Origin: Azolla caroliniana
Taxonomy: Eukaryota > Plantae > Polypodiophyta
Assembly: GCA_043228905.1 (NCBI GenBank)
Contig: JBHGNT010000018.1
Location: 8,432,001 to 8,496,000, forward strand
DNA: 64,000 nt
Direction: 5' to 3'
Of this stretch, positions 38,973 through 51,329 are shown one piece after another. The translations under genes were made by a program, and so were the position numbers. Below the pieces are notes generated by a model. That model had not been told where the DNA came from. It saw only the letters and a list, made by a program, of their open reading frames with translations, and made no database searches. The first letter of the stretch is position 1; each line of letters starts with the position of its first letter.

Positions 38973-40240
38973 AGAGCAAGTACATAATTGAGGACATGCT
39001 TCAAGCATATGTTGCCACAAAACCAACAAATTGGGAATGTTATTTCAAGCATACATCGACGAGTTAGTCCTTTTATGTTGGTGTATGGTTTTCAGCCACA
39101 AGCCCTAATTGAGGTTAATATACATCATGATGAGTTGCAAAGTGTTGAGAATCAAACTCAACTTTCCTAGCGTGGGAACGCACAAATCAGAATCATGGCA
39201 CGGATAATCAATCTGTCATTTCTTGCTTCTCATGCACATCATGGTCGCCATTTTTTGCATATTGTTGTCGATTCCATTTCTTGCTGATCATCACCACGTA
39301 ACATTCTTCATCTTCCTTGCGCACAACATCACCCTGTTGCATTCCTCGATGGCTTTCAATCACCATCACCATTTCTTGCATATTTTGTCGTTATTGACTT
39401 GCATCACCACATATCATTCTTCGACTCCGTCTCCAAAGGGGGGTCGCCTTAGTGGTCGCCAAAAGGTGTTGTAGGTTTTTAGGGTTAGGGTTAATGAGAA
39501 TGATAATGATGATGATTGATGATGAAGATAGACATGGTGTAATGGTGGAGATGATGAATGGTATGATGGTGAGAGATCATGAAGATGCAAGACAAGCATT
39601 GAGAAGCATTGCGGGGTGGGGGGTGGTGCCTAGAATGGCTCCAACCCCCTCCCAAGGGGGTTCAACGTTAAGGGGGAGAGAGAGAAAGATGTCAAAGAGA
39701 GAGAGAGAGAGAAATGGTTATTCATGTTTCATTCATTCCCCATAAGGGGTTAAATAGTACAAGAGGGGGTAGATACATAAGGGTGTAAGCCCCCTCAAGC
39801 ATTCATATTGGACACTCACTCACACCTCCTCGTATCCATCCACATGCACACACGTGTGCATGTGTTCACATACGTATAGACTCACAATTACATTTATGCC
39901 CCCTACACATACACAACATCATGATAACATTCGACCCTCGCTCATCACACTTGACTCTCCGTACATCTCGTACGGGGTAACAACGTGGGTATTCCTAACG
40001 TGTGTTCCCACACTAGGAAAGTTGAGTTTGATTCTCAACACTTTGCAACTCATCATGATGTATATTAACCTCAATTAGGGCTTGTGGCTGAAAACCATAC
40101 ACCAACATAAAAGGACTAACTCGTCAATGTATGCTTGTAGATATTATACACAAACTCCAAAATTGGGAAATAACATTCCCAATTTGTTGGTTTTGTGGCA
40201 ACATATGCTTGAAGCATGTCCTCAATTATGTACTTGCTCT
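38973..40240. repeat. Long inverted repeat (arms ~38973-39183 and ~40000-40240) of a Gypsy integrase fragment
   Basis: AGAGCAAGTACATAATTGAGGACATGCTTCAAGCATATGTTGCC and its reverse complement at ~40196-40239; encodes IEDMLQAYV...SPFMLVYGFQP. Confidence 0.85.
39451..39982 (-). mobile_element. Probable 5' LTR (39467-39982) with PBS-like TGGCGACCACT
   Basis: TGTT...AACA termini; on the minus strand the LTR end is followed by CCTTT-TGGCGACCACT. Confidence 0.5.
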
Positions 40241-40289
40241 TCAAGAAATCAATTACATATCTCACACATCTCATAACTGAAATAGGAGA

Positions 40290-42115
40290 TGAAATTGATC
40301 CTTCTCGCATTGAGAAAGTCGAAGTGCCCACACTTCAGAATATTTGAGAAGTTCAATCATTCCTTGGTTTTGTCGAGTTTTTGTGAAAATCTCTTCACAA
40401 TTACTCCCAATTGACATCGTTGTTTACTGATCTTCTTAAAGGTCAAACGTGTAAGTCTATAAAACCAATAGTATGAAAAGCTACGTTAGATCTCACCTTT
40501 AAGGAACTCAAGAACTAGATGTGCAAGGTTCATTTGCTTCTTTTACTAGATCCTTCAAAACCTTTTCAGGTTGAAACTCAAGCAAGTGATTATTCTATAG
40601 CTATTGTTTTATGTCAAGTGTCGTGATATGGCAAGACTCGAACCCATGACCTTATGTTACATGGGTCGAGCTCTTGACCATTAAACTATATGTTGTAATA
40701 CAAAAGATTTTATTTTCATTTATCATTTAAGTTTTACTATAGAAAATTGATGTATATTCCAGATTTCTCTGGAACATTCTAGAAACTTCAGGAGTACTCC
40801 TGAGAACACTATAAAAGGAGGCACAAGGCATTATTTCGAACCAAATCAGTTCAATGCTAGTCTTAAGCCTCCTAGCTACTATTGTATATTCCATTAACAT
40901 AATATATATCTTTTGTTATCCTCATTCTCTCTCTCTCTCTCTCTCTCTTTCCTTCTCTCGAGAGTTCTACACCTCCCTTAGTACTAAACCTCATCTTTTA
41001 GTACTAATTCCTTCTCTGTTTTAGTACTGTTCCTAACAATACTTCTCTGTCTTAGTACTGCTCCTGACATCAAGATGGTAAACCAATGACATTTGAGAGT
41101 AAGAAACTTGATCCTACTCAATGTCAGTATATACCCTGGTCCGTTAAGAAAAGGAGTTATTAGCAACTTTATCCATGCACTAAAGTCATGGAGCCATTAT
41201 CTTTATCGAAATCATTGTGGTAACTATGGACTAAAATTCCTTGAAATATTTTTGTGACCGACAAGACTTTAAGGGTCATAAGGCACGATGAACAAATCTC
41301 ATCCCGGACTTTGATTTTTCCATATGATATCGTAAAGGTTCTGTGAACACTCTCATCGATGCACTTAGTCGCATTTGTGAAGTTAACATGCTTAGCTTCA
41401 TGGAAATAACATCATTCTTTATGATCACCTTTGAAGAAAGTATTCTGATGAAAAATATCTTGGAAAGAAATGGGCAAGAGTTGAGTCTAGAACTGACATC
41501 ACCACACCCTCAAAGGAATCCTTCCACATTGCTAAGAATCTCCTCTACGGTAATAGGAAGTTTTGTGCTTCAAATTTGTCTGAGGTCAAAAAGAGAATTC
41601 TTTTTTGATGCCACATTACACACTTAGCAGGGCACCTTATAATACATTGCACACTCGTTCTCATCTCCACTCAATTTTGCTGGCCTAAGATTCGTCCTAA
41701 CATACATAACCACATGATTGAATGTCATCAATTTCAGGTTAACAAAGCCAAGAGATTTAAAGTTGTTGGACTTTTACATCCCTTGGACATTCCCAACAAT
41801 AAATGAGAAAGTATATCCATGGATATTATTGTTAGCCTTCCTCACACCCCAAAAGGCAATGATGCCATTTGGGTTGTAGTTGATAGACTAACTAAAATGG
41901 CTACATTTATTGTTACTAAAATCATGGTAATAGTTGTTGAATTGCTTACCAATTCGTGAATGAATTATTCCGTTTTTATGGGTTACTAATGAATATTGTG
42001 AGATTGAGATCTAAAGTTTAGCGACTTTTGGATATTAGTCTTTAAGAAGTTAGAAACTACATTGGGCATGAACTACACAAATCATCCTCAATCTGATGGA
42101 TAGACATAAGGGGTT
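40290..42115 (+). pseudogene. Highly degenerate Gypsy RT-RNaseH-integrase
   Basis: Remnants VQSFLGF, KPFQVETQASDY, LIDALSR, LLHPLDIP..SMDIIVSLP, IWVVVDRLTKMA, HPQSDG. Confidence 0.78.
40619..41069 (+). mobile_element. Solo LTR, family C, with 5-bp TSD TCAAG
   Basis: TGTCG...TGACA; TCAAG on both sides; homologous to LTR 49552-50010, including the tRNA-like head. Confidence 0.92.
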
Positions 42116-42399
42116 ATTAGCACGCCACTACCAGGTATGATTCAATACCATGATGGTGGTTACGGGATGCTAATCAAGGCTCGAGTCCATCTAGAACCCC
42201 TTTTCTAAAGGGTGGTTGGGAGGATCGACACCCTTCTTTAATTCTCTTTATCTTATCTATATTTCAATTATTTCCTTATTTCATGCTTATATTAGGAATA
42301 ATCTCTAATACATATGGTCGAAAATCCTTTCCTAAAGAGTAGGATGCCATCCAAGCAGTGAAAGATTCTTGGGGGGATTCCACATTATAAGCTTGTGGT

Positions 42400-43760
42400 T
42401 GAACATTTGTATGGGTTGCTCAAGAAGGGGAAGAGGTTGAAATGGGAGCTAACACATACTTACAAGTATGACTGGTATTGGATTGGTTATCAATCAAAAG
42501 AATGACAATGGAGTACGATCCGCAATCCAATTCAAAATGATAAGAGAATTGTGGGAAATTGTGTTGTCCATCATGATGAACCAAGATTTCTTAATTGGGG
42601 TGGAAGTCATTATCAAATCAAATTCCCTCCCAATACTTGGGAAAATTTCCCAACACTATACACCAGGCATAAGTTATGCTTCCATGGGTAATATATATCA
42701 GATCACTTAACTTGGATATCCGACATGTGCTAGGAAAGGATAATGTTATTGAGATGTGCCATGAAGAATTTGAGAACTTGGTGGATGATGAAGAGGAACT
42801 TGATTTCTTAAGACTACTCTTGCAACTATTGAAAGAAATGGTGAAGGAACATTCTCTTCATTAGGGAAGATGAATATGAAGAGGATTAGTTCCTTCCATG
42901 CCGATTCTTGAGTGCATTGACGACAAATCCATCATGGACTAAAAAAGAGGCACACGGGATTCTAAAGAAGGCACACAAATACTCTATGCGAGAAGGACAT
43001 CTTTAGAAGTACACCAAGAACACGACAGACACACAAATAAGGATAGTTTAAATGAAGGAAGACCAGAGAATACTAGTATTTGGGTATCATGAAATTCCTT
43101 GGGAAAAACACAAAGGAATTCGGGCGATGTTCTCTAAAAAAAGGGGAATTATTGGTGGGGAAGGATGTACAAATATGTGGCACACTTCATTGAAACATGT
43201 GAAAGTTGTGGAATGTACTCAAATGTGCATTACATGGATGAACTTCACCCAACTTACCCTTTGGTTGTTCATTTCAAATGGATGGTGGACTTGGTAGCTC
43301 CGCCAATGGGAGTCTATTGAAATACTTGGTACTTGCAAAGGAAGACCTAACGAAGTAGAAGGAAGGGCTTAAAGAAATAAGACCATCATGGTTATGTGAA
43401 AATTTCTCTTGGAAGACATGATATGCCAATATGGGTGTGTAGGGGAGATAATAACAGACAAATAGGAATTGGATGCAAATGAAGCGATAGAGTTGTTTGA
43501 CCACTTGTGAGTTAATCTTTCCCTTACAACTGCATAAAATCTAGAGACAAGTGGGAAGATAGAGTGAGGACACAACCTAATATACAAGACAATTATTAGA
43601 GAATGTGCGGAGAAGGTTGAAGATAGAACTCGACTAACACCTTGTGGGCAGTTAGAACCACCTACATCTATGTGACAAGATTTATGTCGTCCAAGCTTAT
43701 GAATGGTTAAAAACTTGGAATGTCCATTGAGGAGTCAATCACATTGTGGGTTGCACAAAG
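42400..43760 (+). pseudogene. Degenerate RNaseH-integrase of a family-A-like Gypsy
   Basis: TGIGLVINQ, DFLIGVEVII..LPILG, LNLDIRHVLGKDN, FKWMVDLV, LVLAKEDL parallel ORFs 1646-3655. Confidence 0.8.
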
Positions 43761-43829
43761 AACCAAGTATTGAGAAACTATTTCTTGGGGCTCCTGAGAG
43801 ATGGCGTAGAACTGACTCAGTAGCTCTCG

Positions 43830-44290
43830 CTAAGGGATCTGCCTATAAAAAAGGTGAATGATGCAAACTCTCCCAAGTCGTGTTGGGTGTACCAATTCAC
43901 TCCATGCCTATCAAGAGACAAGCTGAACTCCGCGATCTTCGATGTCTCTGCATCTACTACGGCTAAACTCTGGGACACATGGTTAGCTTGTCATGTGGTG
44001 AGGAAGGCGCGAACATGCACTTCTGCGTTGGCTCCCTCGTTGTATCTAGGGTAGGGGTAGGGCATTGTGTCGATGTCGGGATCGTCTTGTACCACCAAAA
44101 AGAGGTTATCATCGGGTTGGTCGGCCTTAGAGGTGCTTCCGTTAGTTGAGGTGGGATCGGGAACCTCTCCCAATTGGGCGTCCAATTATGCAGGCGGTGA
44201 TTGCTCCACGAGAGCAAAGTTGGTGATGCTCTCTTCTTGTTTGACACGTTGGGACATTGTCCAATTCCATATTCCTTTGGGACGCGTTGT
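43830..44290 (-). pseudogene. Gypsy gag N-terminal remnant; its leader is split by Copia copy 2 and its probable 5' LTR is 54830-55329
   Basis: YPYPRYNEGANAEVHVRAFLTT...KIAEFSLSL...NWY gag-like; TGTTG...CAACA-bounded segment at 54830-55329. Confidence 0.55.
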
Positions 44291-47200
44291 TACGGTTACG
44301 AGATCTTTTTGCTACATGTGTTCGCTGTGGACTCATAGTGTGAACCGGGCGTGCGAAATTATGTTACTCCCTCCTAGAAAAAACACCTTCGATTAGCTCT
44401 CATGAGTAATCGGGTCAAGGTATTGTGGTGCGAAAACGAATTAGGAGTCACAATGTCCTATCGAGATTGTTAACCAAATCGTGACGGTTTGTTGAGAATC
44501 AAGCTCAACAAAGTGCAACATGTGCACACACCCTTTTAGAATCAATAATCACTCAAAGGTCAAGAGTCACACCACTACTCTCTACACATTAACTATGTGT
44601 CATAGAATCATATTCTATGACACATAACTAATGAGTTCTATATTCCCCATGACTATGAGTCTTCACATTCCCCAAGAGAGAGTTGTTGTTGTAGTGAGTT
44701 AATGAAGAGAGAGGGTTACCTTATATAAAGCACCCTTCTCCTACTTCATACTAAGTCGGTTGTGACTCCTTGTAACACTACATTTTGTATTTGCCATTTT
44801 ACTTGTTAATATACACCTTCTTGAGTATTCTATTCTCCATTCTATCTAACCTATCTTGTGTTTCTCTTCTCTCATCTCTTTAGTCTCACACATACGCATA
44901 ACACACATCTCTTCCGCTTCACATGAATCATATCCGATTCTTTACATGGTATCAAAGCGATTTTGTAGCTTGATCTAGCCCACTCGCCTCATCGTGACCG
45001 TGTGTTGTGCTCTACGCCGACATTTAAGAAGAACCGGCTCATCACTATCGTAGTGTGACTACATAGCTCGTGTTCGAAAGAGGAGGAAAAGAAGAAAGGA
45101 AGATTCATCAACATAATGAATACTCAAATGAGGAGCACTCTCCCTAGCGATAAGTTGGATCGAAACAACTTTGGATCTTGGGAGTACAAGATGCACCAAT
45201 ACCTTGTTGGTCAAGGCTATTGGAGCTACATCAAAGGAGCACAAGAAAATCGACCCGACCCGAAAGACGCCGAATACTCAACATGGGATCAAGCCGCGAG
45301 TCGAGTCATGTATTGCTTGGCGACATGTGTTCACGACCACATGCTTGGATACATTCGAGAAGCTGAGACGCCGAAGAAAGTGTGGGAGAATCTACGCCAA
45401 CACAACAGCGAGAAAGCTTCAACTCCGCCAAGAGTTGAACAAAATCCAACAAAGGGATATGTCCATCACAAGCTACACCTTGAAGATCAAGGAGCTTTGT
45501 GATGCACTCGGCTTGATAAGAATCAATATGGACGATGATGAGATGGTGCAAATATGCCTCGGGGGCCGTGCACCACGGTTCGCCACAATGATGACCGCCG
45601 TACTAGCACGGGAGAACCCTCCCTTTTTTTTCGATCTTCAATCCATGTTATTGGTCGAAGAAAACCATGTTCAAACAAGGAGCAACATCTCAGAAGGCCA
45701 CATGATTTACTCACACTTGGACGGAGGAAGAGGACGCGGCCGTGCAAGAAGAGGCCAATTCGGCCAAGGACGAGGCGGGCGGGTGTCCAACCTATGAAAA
45801 CAACTCCCAATTTCGGCATCAAGACGGAAGCCATTGAGGAACCTTTGGAAGAAGGGGAAGCGTCCATTCTGGTTCGAGCCGACTAAACTCGGTCAAATGT
45901 GGATATTGCGGAAAAATCGGTCACCACAAAGAAGAGTGTCGTAAGAAGATGCGCGAGTTGACTTCCACTAGCCGACAACTCACCAATTATGCCACCAACT
46001 CTAACTATGACGATCGTGCTAGAATGTTCGTAATGAAGCATAAAGAAAATTCTATGTCGGCTTCTACTTCGAATAACGCATCAATGTCCCATTCGACAAA
46101 GAAGGTAACCAAACTTTTATTAAGAATGTCTTGCATGTACCAACCATTACAAAGAATTTGATCTCCGTCGGCCAAATTGTTGAGCAAGGGATGCAAGTAC
46201 GATTTAATTAAGGCAGTTGCTTCATCGAAAAAGAGGGCTGACTCATCACTCACGGACGAAGAGAGGGCCAAATGTTCATTCTCGACTCGCACAAGATGAA
46301 ATCAGCCATGTTTGCAAAGGGCACGAAAGCTGATTCCAACATAGAGTTATGGCACAAGCGGATTGGTCATATCAACCTCCAAAAGCTCAAGGAAATGCAA
46401 TTGAAAGGAGTCGTCAACAGACTCCCAACCTTCAAAGAGAAAGAGATTGAAGGCGTATGTGCACCATGCCAATTTGACAAGCAACATCGGCACCCGTTTC
46501 TGAAGGAGAGGAACGCGAACTAAGGCGTACTCGATGTAATTCATTCTGATGTATGGGGATTGGCTCAAATAGTTACATTCGGCGGATGAAAATACTACAT
46601 GGTCTTCATTGATGACTTCTCTAGACAAACTTGGATCTACCCCATTCGGCAAAAGAGCGAAGTGTTCAGACACTTCGAAAAATTTAAGAATGAAATCGAG
46701 AAAGCCACGGGCCGACATGTACGATGTCTTTGGTCGGATGGAGGAAAAGAGTACTTCTCTGACGAGTTTTTGGCTTTTCTTCAGAAAGAAGGAATCAAGT
46801 GGGAGTTTTCGTGTCGACACACACTGCAACAAAACAGATTAGCCGAACGAAAGAGTCGGCACATCCTCAAAGTAGCACGGGCTATGCTTAACGAGAAGCA
46901 CATGTCGAAGTCGTACTAGACAGAAGCCGCCAACACATCCGTCTATGTCATGAATCGGTGTATGACATCGGGTGTGCACGAACTTATCTCGCACGAGAAG
47001 TTATTTGGGAAGAAGCCGGATTAATCACATGTTCGGATATTTGCCTCCATTGCATACGTGCACATCCTCGATGAGAAGCGACAAAAGCTTGACCCGAAGT
47101 CGGAGAAATGTATCCTCGTAGGATACTTACTAGAGCAAAAGAGGTACAAGTGCTATAACCCCTCGTTCGAAAAGCTCGAGTAAGTCGAGACGTCGTATTC

Positions 47201-47378
47201 GACGAGTCTGTATCCTGGTATGCACCAAGGACAACTTCGACTTTGACTCCACTCGACCCGGAATCTGCCGAAATAGAGATAGAAGACCAAGATCGGCTCA
47301 CGCACGTGTTCGAAGAAAGCCCGATTACGACAAGGCTTAGTGGGCCATAAGAGACTCCAAGCGATCAAAACACATCTC

Positions 47379-47817
47379 TGTTGTCACGGGGCTGGATAAG
47401 CCGCTAACACAGGGTGTTCCTTTAGAACACTTCACCAAAGGGGTGCTACGGTAAGGAATGTGCAGACTGTGATACAAGACCGATTCTTCCCGGTCACTAT
47501 CTGGAATGATTAACTTGATACACGCGTATGATAATCACATGAAGCATAGAAAAATATTAACAAGATACACAATACATAAAGACACAACACCTGTCTATTA
47601 ATTATTCGTCATCAATTACATCATCTCCGGATCCTTTTATAGGTATCTGGTTGTGCTACAAACCGGTGCCAACCGGCAACCAGCTACGAATCGGTCCAGA
47701 TCCGGATTGGCATACCGATTCTGGGTCTGTCCGTTCGATCTTATAATTATCATAATTTATCTAATTACAACGCCCAAAGCCGACTCCCCTTTCATACTTT
47801 GGCCTAACCGGCCAACA
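47379..47817 (+). mobile_element. Solo LTR, family D, with 5-bp TSD ATCTC
   Basis: TGTTG...CAACA; ATCTC at 47374-47378 and 47818-47822; shares CTAACACAGGGTGT and CACTTCACCAAAGGGGTG with 37395-37833. Confidence 0.9.
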
Positions 47818-49560
47818 ATCTCCGCCGAGTCTTGAGCTGGAGGAAGGGAAGGCGAAAATGTTGGAGTATGAAAACGATCACCTTGACAACAACGAATCGA
47901 CTAACTCCCTCGATAGTGAGTTCGAAGGCCTTGACATCCGGACAAATGGGGCGAAGAAAGCCTTAGTATCCACAAACGAGAAGCTCTACGGATCCACTCG
48001 TGAAAAGAACCATGTAACTCGATTCGACTACAATGAGTATATGGCGTACCATTACGCCTTTATGATGAAGATAGGAACAGTACGGGAGCCAGAAACCTTT
48101 TCCGAAGCCGTGAAGGACCCGCGATGGATCGAAGCAATGAATGAGGAGATGCAAGCAGTCTCTAAAAATGAGACATGGGATCTCGTCCCTTCTTAACCGC
48201 ACAAGAAGGAGATCGGTTGTAGATGGATCTACAAAGTGATGTATAATGTTGACGGCTCCATCAACCGCCATAAAGCCCAACTCATAGTGAAAGGATACAC
48301 ACAAACACATGGAGTCGACTACAAAGAGACCTTTGCCCTGGTGGCAAAGATGCAACTATGCGGACTGTGATTGCAGCTGTAGTTGCGAAAGGGTGGCACC
48401 TCTATCAAATGGACGTAAAGAACGCCTTTCTTCAAGGTGAATTAGAAGAGGATGTGTACATCGTACAACCACCCGGCTTCAAATCCAACATTCATTTGAA
48501 AGCCATCTGCCAACTCAAGAAGCCTCTCTCCAGCGTTAAGCAAGCATCATGTGCTTGGCATTCGAAGATAACGCAATATCTTCATCAAATCGGCTTTTGA
48601 ATGTCGAAATTCGACAATTCCCTCTACGTACGAAACGACTCAGGAAGCCCGATTGTCATAATCCTATATGTAGATGATCTTGTCATTGGAGGTGAAAGTC
48701 TAGTCCACATGAACAAGGTCAAGTCCCTCATATTTGGCAACTTCGAGATGACGGACATGAAGGAGCACCATTACTTCCTTGGAATCGAAGTAATTCGGAT
48801 TCCGACCAACATTATGATCTCTCAACTGTACTACGTCCTCAACTTGTTATACAAGTTCGGGATGGCTGAGTGCAAATCTGTGGCAACCCCTCTCGATTGA
48901 AACCTCAAAATAGATGTCGATTCCGACATAGACAAGTGCGGACTGACTCAATATCGTCAACTGATCGGGAGCCTTATCTATCTCACGATCACTCGACCCG
49001 ACCTTAGCTATCCAGTGGACTCCTTAGCCAATTCATGAAAACTCCACAAGATATCCATTTCGATTGCGCTAAGCGAGTATTACGATACGTGAATGACACA
49101 ATGGATTATGACATTCTCTACAAATCAACGACACCAATTCGACTCAAAGGGTACACGGATGCCGACTGGGTTGGCTACAAAGCCGATCAACGATCAATCT
49201 CTTGTTTTGTCTTCTCCCATGGTAGCGGAGAGATTTCGTGGAGTAGCAAGAAGCAGCCGATCGTCACTCTTTTGAATACGGAGGCGGAATACAGAGGCAG
49301 AGGTGCAACCATAGCTACATGTGAAGTCGTATGGCTCAAGAGGATTTTGAAGGATCTGGGCATTCCCATCAAGGATCCAACTCCCCTAAACTACGTGAAC
49401 ATGAGAAGTATTTATTTGGCTCGGAACCCAATGTTCCACACACACACAAAGAATATTGAAGTGGACTATCACTTCATTCGAGAGCGCGTTCAGGCCGAAG
49501 ATGTCGACCTTCAACACAAATCTTCAAACGATCAACATCTTCACCAAAGCCTGTCATGAT

Positions 49561-49622
49561 ATGGCAAGATTCGAACCCATGACCTTATGCTACATGGGTT
49601 GAGCACTTACCATTAGACTATG
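49561..49622 (-). promoter_or_regulatory. tRNA-derived A-box/B-box cassette at the start of LTR C (antisense)
   Basis: Minus strand TAGTCTAATGGTAAG (A box 49610-49620) ... GGGTTCGAATC (B box 49568-49577); also present at ~40628-40690 and ~53873-53934. Confidence 0.72.
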
Positions 49623-49867
49623 AATTGTAATTTGTAGAATATTATTTTCAGTTATGCTTTATCATAGAAAATTGATGTATATTCCAAATCTCTCTGGAAC
49701 ATTCTAGAAGCTTTAGGATTATTCCTAAAAACACTATAAAAGGAGGCACAAGGCATTGTTTTGAACCAAATTGGTTCAACGCCAGTCTTAAGCCTCTTAG
49801 CCACTTTGTACTTATCTTTCACATAATATTAGCTACTGTCATCATATTTCTCTCTCTCTCATTCTCG

Positions 49868-49905
<38 letters not shown>

Positions 49906-50079
49906 CTCTCTTCCTCTCTTGGGAATCTTACGTAGTCCCGTCCTCTTAGTACTAATAGTAGTTCTCTTCTCTAGTACTAATTCTCTCTTTGTTTAGTACT
50001 ATTCCTGACAGTTTGAACCAATTTTTTTCCTCAAGTCTACTTGTCGTTTTCCCTCCTCCTCCTATCCTTTTTCTATACT

Positions 50080-51237
50080 ATGGCTACTGTTAGCGCCCAA
50101 GAATATCAATCCGTTTTCTCTGAGCTACAGTGTCTAAAAGAAAAGTTTGTTGCCCTGGAACAAGAAAACCAACGGTTGATAAGGGATCTGCAACAAATCG
50201 CTCTAGAAAAACAACAAACGCAACAACAACATGGGGAGTTAGCGTTACGGGTACAACAACTCGAAGCAGCGTTGCAACAACAAGGATGAAGTCCCCAAGG
50301 ATTTCATAAAGAGCCCAAGATTGGACTTCCTGTGAAATTTGATGGAACGCGATCACAATTCCTGGGATTCCTTAATCAGGTACACTTAGTCATCCAGATG
50401 CATCCTTCCCGATATCCCACTGATGCATCTTGAGTCGGCCTAATAGGCACGTTACTTAGCGACTCAGCCTTGGCATGGTTCGCTCCGCTTCTAGAAAAAG
50501 AATCGCCCTTGCTTAATAACTTTGAAGATTTTATTAGTGAGTTTAAAGCCTGCTTTGGAGATACCGACAACATCAGGACAGTGATCATCAAAATCCGAAG
50601 ATTGGGTCAAGGCGATCGTCCAGCCTCTACCTACGTGGCGGATTTCCGTCTACTCGCCTCATATATCCCCTGGGATGATCAGGCCCTCATGGAGCAGTTT
50701 CGCTACGGCTTGCGCAATGATGTCAAAGACTTGCTTTTAACCTTCCCCGAAGAACCAAAGTCTCTTACGGAGGCAATCAGTCGAGTGGTCCGATGCGACA
50801 ACCACCTTTTCGAACGACGTTCGGAACGTCAGTTACAAATACCATGCTTTCGGCCGGAACCCACATACGCCTTAGTCACGGCTAAACCGTTTGCACGCGA
50901 TGTATCTCAAGCCAATATTCCGACATCGATGGAGATTGACACCATGCGTCGACGCGGCCCGTTATCGGAAGAAGAAAAGCAAGGACGACGTGCCAATCGA
51001 TTATGTCTTTATTGTGGTGGACCAGGGCATATCGCCATCAATTGTCCCCATAGGCCAAGAAGACAGGTAAATCAAATCGTCGCCTGTACTAAACCCGAGT
51101 TAATTCTTCCTTTCGGAGTGTCTGATAGTATTAATAGTACTAATAGAGTGTCAAATAGTATTCATAGTACTACTAGCCCAAGTATCTCAAACAAATTTGA
51201 AATCCTTAGTCAATTAGATGAAGAGTTAAACGATTGA
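50080..51237 (+). pseudogene. Chromovirus gag (PEG10/sushi-like)
   Basis: Coiled-coil N-terminus, KFDGTRSQF, ALAWFAPL, QFRYGLRNDVKD, CCHC knuckle; internal stops. Confidence 0.88.
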
Positions 51238-51329
51238 GTCTAGCCAAAATAGGAGCCGTTTGGTTAGACAACAGCCCTAGATCTGTATAGCCCATTAATG
51301 GTTCCATTCCTTCCAAGCAAGTTAACAAT

